Shown piece after piece: positions 1-9,590 of a DNA stretch of 64,000 nucleotides (positions within the stretch are counted from its first letter, which is position 1; each line of letters opens with the position of its first letter). The stretch is from Candidatus Poribacteria bacterium. Lineage in GTDB: Bacteria; Poribacteria; WGA-4E; WGA-3G. The notes under the pieces were generated by a model. The model was not told the DNA's origin and ran no database searches. It saw only the letters and a list, made by a program, of their open reading frames with translations. The stretch is from NCBI GenBank assembly GCA_965205015.1, contig OZ242029.1, positions 5,216,001-5,280,000 on the forward strand, given 5' to 3'. The position numbers and the translations under genes are program-made.

Positions 1-1
1 G

Positions 2-136
2 CAGGTCGCATACGGCAGGCCAGATGAAATTATCAACATCGACGATCCCATTTTGCAACAGTTCATTCTATTTGGAGCACCAGATCAGATTCTCAACATG
101 GAAAATCCCATTTTGAAAAGGTATTTGGGGAGGTAG
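2..136 (+). CDS. 3' end of ABC transporter ATP-binding protein (MlaF-like), truncated by the window edge
   Basis: Frame 2 reads QVAYGRPDEIINIDDPILQQFI...LGR*, like an MlaF C-terminus (G.P.E....DP.V.QFI). The stop lies 1 nt before the MlaD-like ATG. Confidence 0.6.
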   Translation, partial: QVAYGRPDEIINIDDPILQQFILFGAPDQILNMENPILKRYLGR

Positions 137-137
137 T

Positions 138-1694
138 ATGAACTTTTGGACGGCTTCCGTAAAAGTCGGTGTTATGGTTCTTATCGCAATCGTATTTCTG
201 ACAATTCTGCTGACGAATGCTGAGAATTGGCCCTGGGCAACTGCTGGTGATGAACTGACGTTTCAGTTTCGTTCTGTCAACGGGCTTTATGTCGGAGCAG
301 GTGTTTACCTATATGGGGTCCCAATTGGCAAAGTAACGGCGATCGACCTCCGTCCTGATACGGATAATGTGCACATCAAAGCGAAAGTCAAAAACGCATT
401 TGAGTGGTTGAGGGAGGGGTGTAGTGCCAGAATTTCTATGAATGGGTTTGTTGGAGAAATTTATATCGCACTTGACAATGGACCGGTGGAGAACCCGATA
501 TTAAAGCCAGTGAACTTGCCGATTGTTGGAAAAGATCCTGTCAATGCCTTGGAGCTCCTTGAACAGACAAGTGCTGGTATGACACAGGCTATTGAACTGA
601 CAACGGCTGCCAATGAAGTGCTACAAGCCAACCAAGAGGCGATTCAGCTCGCCATCAAAGAGATTCGAGAGGTTGTCGCACTCACTGGCAAAACCATTGA
701 GAAGTTAAGCGTTGACTCTGAAGAAACGGTACAAACTTTAACGCAACTCGCCTTAGAAAACGATAGACGGTTTCAGGGAACCCTCGTAAAGGTAAATAAC
801 CTTATCGCACAGTTGGAAGGCGATTCCCTGATGGTGAGCAGTCAAATAAGTGACATTACGCGTGAACTTTTGAGACTGCTGAATCAGAATTCACCGAAAC
901 TCAACACTATTTTTACCGATATTCGCGCAACAACATCAGAATTTCGACAGATAACACAGGATTTTCGCTCAGATTTCGAGGCATTAGCGACACAGGTGTC
1001 TGCCCTCGTTTCCCAAAGTAGTCGTGCTATCGAATCGGGGGAAGCGAATATCGAACCAATATTAGAAAATCTAAAGGCGACGACTGCTTCGGTCGCTGTG
1101 CTGGAAGCGAGCGTCAATCGTTTCCTGACGACGCTTAGCGAAGGGGAGGGGACCGTTGCCCAGTTGTTGAATACACCGGAACCCCTTGAAGATGTCCGCC
1201 GAACCTTGCAAAACGTTGACGAAACGATGAATGCCGTGACGGAACTTTCTCAACGCACTGAGGCGCAGCTGCAACGATTTGATTTACCGCAGTTTGGCTG
1301 GGATTATGAACTCCGTTATCTCAGTCTCGAAGAGCGACTCTACAACGAATTAGCATTTTCACTGTCTCAAAGACCCAATGCCCGCTATAGATTCGGAGTC
1401 GGTGTTCAAGATGAAAAGATTCGGTTTGAGTTTCAGTATGCACATGATGTAACAGACTTTCTCCGCGCACGTGCCGGATTCATGCGTTCCAAGATCGGCG
1501 CAGGCCTCGATGTGTGGGTGTGGTCCCGGCGTTTCGGCGTCAGCGTTGAAGGTGTAGGGTTGACAAGTGCGGAACCGGAGTTGAACGCTGAAGTCGCGTT
1601 TCGGTTCTTCCGATATGGACAATTTCTACTTGGAGCAGAGAATTTGACCCGTGAGAGACGTTGGACGACAGGATTTCGCTTTTTTGATTTTTAA
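138..1694 (+). CDS. MCE/MlaD family protein with long helical region and beta-rich C-terminus
   Basis: N-terminal TM anchor; MCE motif FRSVNGLYVGAGVYLYGVPIGKV and GFVGEIYIAL. Confidence 0.85.
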   Translation: MNFWTASVKVGVMVLIAIVFLTILLTNAENWPWATAGDELTFQFRSVNGLYVGAGVYLYGVPIGKVTAIDLRPDTDNVHIKAKVKNAFEWLREGCSARISMNGFVGEIYIALDNGPVENPILKPVNLPIVGKDPVNALELLEQTSAGMTQAIELTTAANEVLQANQEAIQLAIKEIREVVALTGKTIEKLSVDSEETVQTLTQLALENDRRFQGTLVKVNNLIAQLEGDSLMVSSQISDITRELLRLLNQNSPKLNTIFTDIRATTSEFRQITQDFRSDFEALATQVSALVSQSSRAIESGEANIEPILENLKATTASVAVLEASVNRFLTTLSEGEGTVAQLLNTPEPLEDVRRTLQNVDETMNAVTELSQRTEAQLQRFDLPQFGWDYELRYLSLEERLYNELAFSLSQRPNARYRFGVGVQDEKIRFEFQYAHDVTDFLRARAGFMRSKIGAGLDVWVWSRRFGVSVEGVGLTSAEPELNAEVAFRFFRYGQFLLGAENLTRERRWTTGFRFFDF

Positions 1695-1724
1695 TTTTTC
1701 GGCACCGCAAGGTAAAATTAAAGA

Positions 1725-3086
1725 ATGGCACGAGAGAGACGCAAATTTGTCTGTCAAGAATGTGGATATACAACGCCAAAGACGCTCGGGCGGTGTCCGA
1801 GTTGTAGGAGTTGGCAGAGTTTCGCCGAGGAGGTAGAAACCCTCACGACCCAATCAAAACATCGTGATATCGGACAAGTGTCTCGTGAACCCGAACCCAT
1901 TTCGCAGGTTACAGCAAACGAAGTCGAGCGACATCTAACGGGAATGTTGGAGTTTGACAGAGTCCTGGGCGGTGGGATTGTGCCGGGGTCTGTTGTCCTT
2001 ATCGGTGGCGATCCCGGGATAGGCAAGTCTACGTTGTTACTACAAGCCGGTGATGCATTGAGTCGGAGTTATGGGGATGTGTTGTACGTTTCCGGCGAAG
2101 AATCTGTGAGCCAGACGAAACTCCGTGCAACTCGACTCGGTGTTGCGTCTGATACGCTCTATGTGCTGTGTGAAAACAATTTGGAGCAGATTGAGAAGTA
2201 TATTGAGGCGCGAGCACCGAAGGTCGTCATCGTCGATTCGATACAGACGGTTTATTTGTCGAGCATCCCATCTGCGCCTGGGAGTGTCACTCAGATTCGT
2301 GAATGTGCAGGGCATCTCCTAATTTGTGCAAAGAATCGGAATATTCCAGTATTTCTCGTTGGGCATGTGACAAAGGAAGGGGCACTCGCGGGACCGCGCG
2401 TATTAGAGCACATGGTGGATACTGTCCTCTATTTTGAAGGTGAACAACACCACATTTACCGCATTCTTCGAGCGATCAAAAATCGGTTCGGTTCCACGAA
2501 TGAGATCGGAATCTTTGAAATGCAAAGCACGGGTCTCGTGGATGTGATGAACCCGTCAGAACTCTTTTTAAGCAACAGAGAGGCAGCGGTTTCAGGGTCC
2601 GTTGTCGTTTCAAGTATAGAGGGGACCCGACCCTTGCTCATGGAAGTGCAGGCACTCGTCGTACCAACGCATTACGGAAACCCTCGCAATACGGCAGCTG
2701 GGGTGGACCGACACCGGATCGCTTTACTCATTGCGGTACTAAATAAAAGGGTAGGGATTAACGTCGGAGATTCTGATGTTTTTGTTAACGTTACGGGAGG
2801 ATTGCGCATTGATGAACCTGGGATAGACCTCGGCGTAATGATGGCAATATCCTCAAGTCATCGCGATCTCCCTGTAGATCGGAAGACTGTTGTGATCGGT
2901 GAGGTGGGGCTTGGTGGTGAAATTCGTCCGGTGACGCATGTTGAAAGACGAATCCGGGAAGCCGCAAAGTTAGGCTTCAGACGAGTGATCTTCCCGGAAT
3001 ATAACCGCAAAGGCTTGGAAATTGATGAGGACATTGAACTTATAGGTGTTAGTGACGTATATGACAGTCTCGGAACTTTGCTGTAA
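1725..3086 (+). CDS. radA: DNA repair protein RadA/Sms
   Basis: CxxC..CxxC zinc finger, GGDPGIGKST Walker A, KNRFG motif, Lon-like C-terminus. Confidence 0.97.
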   Translation: MARERRKFVCQECGYTTPKTLGRCPSCRSWQSFAEEVETLTTQSKHRDIGQVSREPEPISQVTANEVERHLTGMLEFDRVLGGGIVPGSVVLIGGDPGIGKSTLLLQAGDALSRSYGDVLYVSGEESVSQTKLRATRLGVASDTLYVLCENNLEQIEKYIEARAPKVVIVDSIQTVYLSSIPSAPGSVTQIRECAGHLLICAKNRNIPVFLVGHVTKEGALAGPRVLEHMVDTVLYFEGEQHHIYRILRAIKNRFGSTNEIGIFEMQSTGLVDVMNPSELFLSNREAAVSGSVVVSSIEGTRPLLMEVQALVVPTHYGNPRNTAAGVDRHRIALLIAVLNKRVGINVGDSDVFVNVTGGLRIDEPGIDLGVMMAISSSHRDLPVDRKTVVIGEVGLGGEIRPVTHVERRIREAAKLGFRRVIFPEYNRKGLEIDEDIELIGVSDVYDSLGTLL

Positions 3087-3144
3087 TACAATTCGTAATT
3101 TGTTGATAGTTATAAAATCTAAGTTGGATTGATGGAGCAAAAAA

Positions 3145-4173
3145 ATGAAAGTTTGGGGTATCCGTCTCTTTTTTATTCTTGCAAGTGCGACAGGCTGCTA
3201 TGTCATTTACAGGGACCTGACTGCAGCGGGTGTCGGCCTTGTGATTGCCCTTCTCCTTATTGGGGCAGAAATTTGTCTGCGTACCCCCAGTGTACGTAGT
3301 ATCATTGCGAGTCTGATAGGGCTTGCTGTAGGTCTGTTAGTTGCTCTTACCATACTACCTCTGCTTTCGCAACTTGATGGTCATCTAAAGATAGTAATGG
3401 TTCTCAGTCTGGGTTACGTGGGCATGATGGGGGGGTATCATCTTTCTACAAACTTGGATTTCATCCAGCTTCCCCGAGCAAATACGTCCGCCCGCCCTGG
3501 CGAGTCACGTTCGATTCAAGCTGCAAGTAACTTCAAAATTTTAGACACAAGTGTTATTATTGATGGTAGAATCCTTGAGATCTGTCAAACGAGATTTATT
3601 GAAGGCACGCTTGTCATTCCACGGTTTGTTCTCAATGAGTTGCAACATATTGCGGATTCAACGGAACCATTGCGGCGAAATAAAGGACGGCGCGGTTTCG
3701 ATATTCTCCGAGCGCTTCAGAACAACCCAGCGATTGATGTTGAGATCTCAGAGGAGGAAGTGCCGCATTTGCCGGAGGTGGATGCAAAGTTAGTTCATCT
3801 CGCGCAAAAGCAAGGCGCAACGATTATCACAAATGATTTAAATCTCAACAAGGTTGCTGAATTGCAGAGTGTGAAGGTCCTGAATATCAATGAATTGTCA
3901 AACGCTGTCCGGCCTGTCGTCATTGCCGGGGAGGTCATTCAAGTACTGCTCCTCAAGGAAGGCAAGGAACCGAATCAGGGAGTTGGCTATCTTGATGATG
4001 GAACGATGGTGATTGTTGAAGATGGCAAGCCCTATATCGGAAGTACGCTTAACGTTGAAGTTACACAGATGTTACGGACGAGTGCAGGTCAGATGATTTT
4101 CACGCGAATAAAAGAACATGAAGTGGACACTGATGAACAGCAAAGTCTGCGCGCTTATCCCCGCAGCTGGTAA
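3145..4173 (+). CDS. PIN/TRAM domain membrane protein (YacL-like)
   Basis: N-terminal TM helices, ILDTSVIIDGRI PIN motif, GKEPNQGVGYLDDGTMVIVEDG TRAM domain; lies between radA and ispD. Confidence 0.92.
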   Translation: MKVWGIRLFFILASATGCYVIYRDLTAAGVGLVIALLLIGAEICLRTPSVRSIIASLIGLAVGLLVALTILPLLSQLDGHLKIVMVLSLGYVGMMGGYHLSTNLDFIQLPRANTSARPGESRSIQAASNFKILDTSVIIDGRILEICQTRFIEGTLVIPRFVLNELQHIADSTEPLRRNKGRRGFDILRALQNNPAIDVEISEEEVPHLPEVDAKLVHLAQKQGATIITNDLNLNKVAELQSVKVLNINELSNAVRPVVIAGEVIQVLLLKEGKEPNQGVGYLDDGTMVIVEDGKPYIGSTLNVEVTQMLRTSAGQMIFTRIKEHEVDTDEQQSLRAYPRSW

Positions 4174-4834
4174 GGGAAGTCGGATGGCGCATTCGGTGAA
4201 AAAGCCTTACTTAAAATTGGCACAAAAGCCGATTTTGGCACATACGATTCAGCGGTTTGAGCAAAATAGTGCTGTAGACGCCATTTTCGTCATTGTTGAC
4301 CGAGATGATTTTAGGGACTGTCACACTGCTGTGCTACATCCTTACCGATTTACAAAGGTACAGGAACTGGTTGCGGGAGGAGAAACCCGCCAGATGTCCG
4401 TCTATAACGGGGTACGTGCCTTGTCGGCAGATGTTGATTTCGTGATCGTCCATGATGGCGTGCGGCCTTTTGTGAAGGATGAGATCATTTTCGAGTGCCT
4501 CACCGCCGCAGACGAGTGTGGCGCGGCTGTTGCAGCCGTGCCAGTCAAGGATACAATTAAAATCGTCAACGAAGACGGTTTCATCGTTGAAACACCAGGG
4601 CGTGATCAGCTGTGGGCGGTGCAAACCCCGCAAGTTTTTCGGAAATCTCTTTTAGAGGAGGCACATCAAGCCGCACAAGCACGCCAACTTACAGTGACTG
4701 ATGATGCCTCTCTTGTTGAACAACTCGGTTTTCCTGTTAAGCTCGTGAAGGGAAGTTACGCGAATCTAAAGATAACGACACCTATTGATTTACGAGTCGC
4801 TGAAGTGTTGATCTCAGATGCTACCCTTTGGTAA
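4133..4834 (+). CDS. ispD: 2-C-methyl-D-erythritol 4-phosphate cytidylyltransferase
   Basis: IPAAGKGSRM, VHDGVRP, VQTPQ, NLKITTP; likely start at the ATG at 4133. Confidence 0.95.
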   Translation: MNSKVCALIPAAGKGSRMAHSVKKPYLKLAQKPILAHTIQRFEQNSAVDAIFVIVDRDDFRDCHTAVLHPYRFTKVQELVAGGETRQMSVYNGVRALSADVDFVIVHDGVRPFVKDEIIFECLTAADECGAAVAAVPVKDTIKIVNEDGFIVETPGRDQLWAVQTPQVFRKSLLEEAHQAAQARQLTVTDDASLVEQLGFPVKLVKGSYANLKITTPIDLRVAEVLISDATLW

Positions 4835-4837
4835 ATG

Positions 4838-4931
4838 GTTTTCGGTTCGGATTTTCTGCGAAGATCCTTTCAGTTTTCGGTTTTCAGTAAAGAGTTTTCA
4901 TCTCTTAACCGACAACTGATAACTGGCAACT
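4838..4931. repeat. Inverted heptamer array element, (TTCRGTT)n ... (AACYGAY)n
   Basis: Left arm ttcagtt-ttcggtt-ttcagt, central aagag/ctctt hairpin, right arm aaccgac-aactgat-aactggc-aact. Confidence 0.75.
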
Positions 4932-4945
4932 ATGTATGAGAAAAA

Positions 4946-5419
4946 ATGCGAGTAGGTATTGGTTACGACGTCCATCGATTGGTCTCTGATAGAAAATTAA
5001 TTCTCGGTGGCGTTGAGATCTCACATCATTTGGGATTGTTAGGGCATTCGGATGCGGATGTTCTGACCCACGCGATCGTAGATGCAATTTTAGGAGCAGC
5101 CGCACTCGGTGATATTGGCACACATTTTCCCGATACGGATGATCGTTATCAAGGGATGGACAGCCTTATTTTTCTGGCATCGGCGGCAGCAAAGGTGAGA
5201 CAATGTGGCTACCAGATTGAAAATGTGGATAGCACAGTTATCGCACAGCGTCCGAAATTGGCACCCTACATTTCGGAAATGCGCGCACGACTTGCCAAAA
5301 CGCTTGATATTACTGTCGCACAGGTGAACGTGAAGGCTACCACAGCGGAAGAATTGGGCGTTGTCGGCGAAGGGAAAGCAATTGTCGCACACGCTACCGC
5401 CTGTCTTTCTCGGATATAG
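4946..5419 (+). CDS. ispF: 2-C-methyl-D-erythritol 2,4-cyclodiphosphate synthase
   Basis: [34 protein letters not shown]. Confidence 0.97.
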   Translation: MRVGIGYDVHRLVSDRKLILGGVEISHHLGLLGHSDADVLTHAIVDAILGAAALGDIGTHFPDTDDRYQGMDSLIFLASAAAKVRQCGYQIENVDSTVIAQRPKLAPYISEMRARLAKTLDITVAQVNVKATTAEELGVVGEGKAIVAHATACLSRI

Positions 5420-5452
5420 ATGTTTTTCCTACAGGAGCCCATAATTAAAAAT

Positions 5453-6883
5453 ATGAAGATCTATAACTCGCTGAGTCGACAATTGGAGGATTTTGTCCCG
5501 CTAAATCCCGAACAGGTATCTATCTACAGTTGTGGTCCAACTGTTTACGATTACATTCACATGGGTAACGCACGCACTGCTTTAGTGACGGATATTGTTC
5601 GGCGTTATTTAGTATATAAAGGGTACAAAGTCAAACTGGTTCAAAATTTGACGGATATTGATGATAAGATTATTAATCGTGCGGCAGAATTAGGAGTCAG
5701 TGCAAAGCATCTCGCGCATGAGAAAGGCGAAGCCTTCTTTGAAGATTCCCAACGCCTCGGTATCCATTGTGCGGATGTTCATCCGAAAGCAACCGAACAC
5801 ATTCCGGAGATGATAAGTCTAATTCAGACCCTGATTGATAAAGGGGCGGCTTATGTTATTGATGGGAGTGTTTATTACCGCGTGAATCAATTTGCTGAAT
5901 ATGGGAAACTTTCTGGTCGAAAGCCCGAGGATCTCCTCGCGGGTGCCCGGGTTGAAGTTGATGAACGGAAGGAGGACCCGCGGGATTTTGATATGTGGAA
6001 AGCCGCGAAACCGGGGGAACCTGCTTGGGACAGCCCGTGGGGTAAAGGCAGACCCGGATGGCATATAGAATGTTCTGCCATGGCGATGAAACATCTCGGT
6101 GAGACGATTGATATTCACGCAGGTGGCGAAGATTTACTGTTCCCGCACCACGAAAATGAGATAGCACAGAGCGAAATGGCGACGGGGTGCACCTTCGCAC
6201 GTTACTGGATACACATCGCTTTTTTGAAAATTGACGGCAAACGAATGGGCAAATCGGAACATAATTTTATCCTGCTACGAGACGCTCTCGACCATTATCC
6301 GACCGAAGTGATTCGTCATTTCCTGATTTCGGCACATTACCGGCACCCACTTGACTACAATCCGGAGAGTTTGGCGAAATCCGAAGGGGCACTCAGGCGT
6401 TTGAACAACTGTTTGGACGCGTTGAAAAAATATGAGGGGTATAGGGACGAGGGACCCGCGTCCGATCGGGACAGGGAAACCCTGCCCCTACAGGATGCCA
6501 TCCAAACGATGAAATCGCGGTTTGTCGAGGCGATGGATACAGACTTCAACACCGCACAAGCACTTGGGGCTATTTTCACGCTTGTAGGTGAAGTCAACAG
6601 ATCGCTTGCCGCTTCTGATGGCGCAGCTGCCCCTGTTTTCGCGCACGCCTATCAGGCGTTGACTGAAACCTGTGAGGTGCTCGGAATTTACGATATGGAT
6701 GCCGAGGATGGCAACAACGTGGAACAACGCGACCAGCTCATTGCCCTACTATTGGACGTTCGACAGGAGGCGCGAAGCCGCAAAGACTGGGATACATCCG
6801 ATAAAATTCGGGACAGGCTTAAAGAACTCAACATTGAAATCCAGGACACCCGCGAGGGGGCTACTTGGAAAATTATATCATAA
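5453..6883 (+). CDS. cysS: Cysteine--tRNA ligase
   Basis: CGPTVY, HMGN (HIGH motif), GRPGWHIECSAM, FPHHENE, RMGKS (KMSKS motif); likely start at 5453. Confidence 0.97.
   Translation: MKIYNSLSRQLEDFVPLNPEQVSIYSCGPTVYDYIHMGNARTALVTDIVRRYLVYKGYKVKLVQNLTDIDDKIINRAAELGVSAKHLAHEKGEAFFEDSQRLGIHCADVHPKATEHIPEMISLIQTLIDKGAAYVIDGSVYYRVNQFAEYGKLSGRKPEDLLAGARVEVDERKEDPRDFDMWKAAKPGEPAWDSPWGKGRPGWHIECSAMAMKHLGETIDIHAGGEDLLFPHHENEIAQSEMATGCTFARYWIHIAFLKIDGKRMGKSEHNFILLRDALDHYPTEVIRHFLISAHYRHPLDYNPESLAKSEGALRRLNNCLDALKKYEGYRDEGPASDRDRETLPLQDAIQTMKSRFVEAMDTDFNTAQALGAIFTLVGEVNRSLAASDGAAAPVFAHAYQALTETCEVLGIYDMDAEDGNNVEQRDQLIALLLDVRQEARSRKDWDTSDKIRDRLKELNIEIQDTREGATWKIIS
6442..6491. repeat. GTAG-type REP-like palindrome doublet inside the cysS reading frame
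   Basis: The reverse complement of 6468-6491 is GTAGGGGCAGGGTTTCCCTGTCCC, matching intergenic GTAGGGGCAGGTCTTGTACCTGCCC at 36655-36679. A second hairpin lies at 6442-6463. Confidence 0.7.
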
Positions 6884-6894
6884 GGAGTAAGAAG

Positions 6895-7536
6895 ATGATT
6901 TATCGATTCACCGCGTTATTTTCACTGTTCTGCTTGGTTTCCGTTATTTTCATAGGGTGCGCCGCACTCTTCTCGGAACAGGAGTGGAGCGAAAATTATG
7001 CCCTCATGGAAGGGGTATCGGCGACAAGCCCACAGATGATTGATGGGAAATTGAACACTATTGGTGAAACCACTTTCCCTGCTGGTTCGCAGGGATTCAT
7101 TGGGGCAAACCCGGCTTCACAGGTGGTGATTACGTTGCCGGAGAAAAAGACGATCCGTCGGATTATCGTACATTCGGATAATTTATCGGAATTTGATATT
7201 TACGCCGATAAAGGGAGCATCGCCGTTGATGCGGACTGGCAGTTAATTAAGGACGTAAGGGCTGTCAAAGAGAATCCGATTAGAATTTCACTGCTGATTC
7301 CGTTTCCGACAGATCGGATTCGGTTGCGCGTTTTAGGCACGAAAGATGATGCCCTCTTGAGCCGACAGGAACGAGCCCGTTCGGGCGGCAGAGGGTGGAA
7401 TATCGGGAGTCGGCGCGCCGTTGGAAAAATTCGAGAAATTGAACTTTACGGCTATAAAACCGCTGAACAGGTTGAAGAGGAACAGGCGACTGATAAGCGT
7501 GAAAAAGAACTTGATGAATTGCTCGACTTAGAGTAA
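6895..7536 (+). CDS. Lipoprotein with discoidin/F5-8-like (galactose-binding-like) beta-sandwich
   Basis: AGGAG RBS before the ATG at 6895; lipobox FIGC; TIRRIIVH...WQLIKDV...TDRIRLRV...IREIELYG pattern. Confidence 0.6.
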   Translation: MIYRFTALFSLFCLVSVIFIGCAALFSEQEWSENYALMEGVSATSPQMIDGKLNTIGETTFPAGSQGFIGANPASQVVITLPEKKTIRRIIVHSDNLSEFDIYADKGSIAVDADWQLIKDVRAVKENPIRISLLIPFPTDRIRLRVLGTKDDALLSRQERARSGGRGWNIGSRRAVGKIREIELYGYKTAEQVEEEQATDKREKELDELLDLE

Positions 7537-7636
7537 CATAGCACTGGACAACAAGGTGGTTGTTTCTACAATACCGCCTCAATTTTATCTACAGGAAACG
7601 GCATCTGTGCCGTTCTATGCAACAAGGAGGCAAGAC

Positions 7637-8227
7637 ATGCGTTTTGGATTATTGATACTAACCCTCTGCGTGGTGGTTGGGATGTCGGGTTGTATTCTCG
7701 CGTCCAATCCATCCCTGAACTTGAGCAAGAACATCGCACTTGACGCATCAAGCGAGGATACAAAGTACCATGACGACAATATCTATTCAGTAGGAGAGAC
7801 AGGTCCTATTCTCGAAGATGGGAAGGATGAGGCATCCCAAATGGAGTCGGATAAATACACGGAGGCTGTTCTCAAATGGCGGCAACCCCAGACGATTCAG
7901 CAGGTCGTGGTGAAAGCCGAACCGGGTCAACTGGAGTTCTTCGCCGTTCAGTACATGAATGATGCGGAAGAGTGGGTTACGATAAAAGAGGTCCGGGACA
8001 ACATGCGTCCGGTGTACAAATTCACCTTGAAGAATCCGATTGTGACGACGAGGTTTCGTCTCAAAGTGCCGCGCCGTTGGGACTCGCGTCGCGTCGGTGG
8101 GGCGAAACGTTCAACCCGTGGTGAAACCGGGGCACCCACTGCCCAAGAATATAAAAAGATTCAGGAAATAGAAATCTATTACGCCCTCCCACCCGATCCA
8201 GTGGAAGCAGGCACAGCGGAACAGTAG
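7637..8227 (+). CDS. Lipoprotein with discoidin/F5-8-like domain (paralog of the upstream gene)
   Basis: AAGGAGG RBS before the ATG at 7637; lipobox MSGC; TIQQVVVK...WVTIKEV...TTRFRLKV...IQEIEIYY. Confidence 0.6.
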   Translation: MRFGLLILTLCVVVGMSGCILASNPSLNLSKNIALDASSEDTKYHDDNIYSVGETGPILEDGKDEASQMESDKYTEAVLKWRQPQTIQQVVVKAEPGQLEFFAVQYMNDAEEWVTIKEVRDNMRPVYKFTLKNPIVTTRFRLKVPRRWDSRRVGGAKRSTRGETGAPTAQEYKKIQEIEIYYALPPDPVEAGTAEQ

Positions 8228-8230
8228 TTA

Positions 8231-8343
8231 TTGGCTTTCGGCTATCAGCCATCAGCGGTCGTAGTGTGCGTGACAGTTCCTATCGTTTTTGACTGCCACA
8301 AAATTCTCTTGCTGACTGCCGATGGCTGACGGCTGACGGCTAT
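8231..8343. repeat. Inverted heptamer array element upstream of dprA
   Basis: Left arm tcggcta-tcagcca-tcagcgg; right arm gctgact-gccgatg-gctgacg-gctgacg-gcta. Confidence 0.8.
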
Positions 8344-8356
8344 TAAAAGGCAAGAT

Positions 8357-9571
8357 ATGCTGTCTAACGAGACAATCAGTCTAATTCATTTAAATCTAAT
8401 CCAAGGCATCGGACTCAAAACTGTCCAAATCTTGCGGGATGTTTTTGGGAGTATAGAGCGGGCACTTCAAGCAACACCCGACGCACTCAGAAAAACAGAT
8501 CAACTTTCACCGGCGGTCTGTGATCTCTTAATTTACAAGCCCGTTTTGTATCCAATCGAACGTGAGCTTGAATTGATACACAAATACGGTTGTAAAGTTA
8601 TAACACTCTATGACCCCGTATATCCATCCCACTTGAAGGAGATTGAGACTCCCCCATTTGTGCTGTATGTGAAAGGAGAACTTATTCCGGAGGACGCCTT
8701 GAGCGTTTCCGTCGTAGGTTCTCGAAACGCGAAGGATTACGGGCGAAAGGTCAGTTACCGCTTGAGTTACCAGATCGCACAGCGCGGCTTAACAGTCGTG
8801 AGTGGGTTCGCCAAAGGGATTGATACCGCAGCCCATCGCGGTGCCGTTGAAGCAGGAGGGCGGACAATTGCGGTGATGGGAAATGGATTAAGCCTTATCT
8901 ATCCCGCTGCGAACAAGGACCTCGCTGAGAAAATTGAAGCCTCCGGTGCGTTAATTTCCGAATTCCCAATGGCAGCCCGACCAAAGCCGAGAAACTTCCC
9001 GCGTCGTAACCGTATCATTAGCGGTTTGACACTTGGAACTGTTATCGTAGAGGCATCAAACCGTAGTGGGGCATTGATTACCGCCCGTCTCGCGGCTGAA
9101 CAGAACAGAGAGGTATTCGCTGTACCCGGTGAGATTTTTTCTGAACTTTCAGCGGGTACCCATAGGTTAATTAATGACGGTGCGAAACTCATTAACACTG
9201 TAGACGATCTGCTCAACGAACTGCCGCCGCACGTACTAAACCAAATTCAGCCCCAAGCATCACCATCGCCGGTGCCGGATACGGAGGCAGCGCCTGTCCA
9301 AGCATCCCCTGCTGAGCAGAATGATACGGGACCAGTCCTCCCGGAACCTATTCCTGAAACACTGTCACCTGTCTCTATACCACCTCCACCCGATTTAACG
9401 CCAGATGAGAAGACAATTTTTGATGCGATTGAAGTGCCGTCATCGCATATTGATACCATTGTTCGGGCGACACAACTCCCGATCAGTCAGGTGTCCAGTG
9501 TGCTTCTAATGTTGGAACTCAAGGGGATTGTTCAGCAATTACCGGGAAAACAATTCGCTAAAACTATCTGA
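8357..9571 (+). CDS. dprA: DNA processing protein DprA
   Basis: VVGSR, VSGFAKGIDTAAH, FPRRNRIISG, SGALITA; Pro-rich linker; C-terminal winged helix (LLMLELKG). Confidence 0.95.
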   Translation: MLSNETISLIHLNLIQGIGLKTVQILRDVFGSIERALQATPDALRKTDQLSPAVCDLLIYKPVLYPIERELELIHKYGCKVITLYDPVYPSHLKEIETPPFVLYVKGELIPEDALSVSVVGSRNAKDYGRKVSYRLSYQIAQRGLTVVSGFAKGIDTAAHRGAVEAGGRTIAVMGNGLSLIYPAANKDLAEKIEASGALISEFPMAARPKPRNFPRRNRIISGLTLGTVIVEASNRSGALITARLAAEQNREVFAVPGEIFSELSAGTHRLINDGAKLINTVDDLLNELPPHVLNQIQPQASPSPVPDTEAAPVQASPAEQNDTGPVLPEPIPETLSPVSIPPPPDLTPDEKTIFDAIEVPSSHIDTIVRATQLPISQVSSVLLMLELKGIVQQLPGKQFAKTI

Positions 9572-9590
9572 TTTGACACACCAAAGAGAT

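Noticed and set aside
9240-9395. Pro-rich insertion in DprA as a repeat-derived insertion
   Set aside because: No palindrome or match to the window's repeat families; a variable linker before the winged-helix domain is normal.
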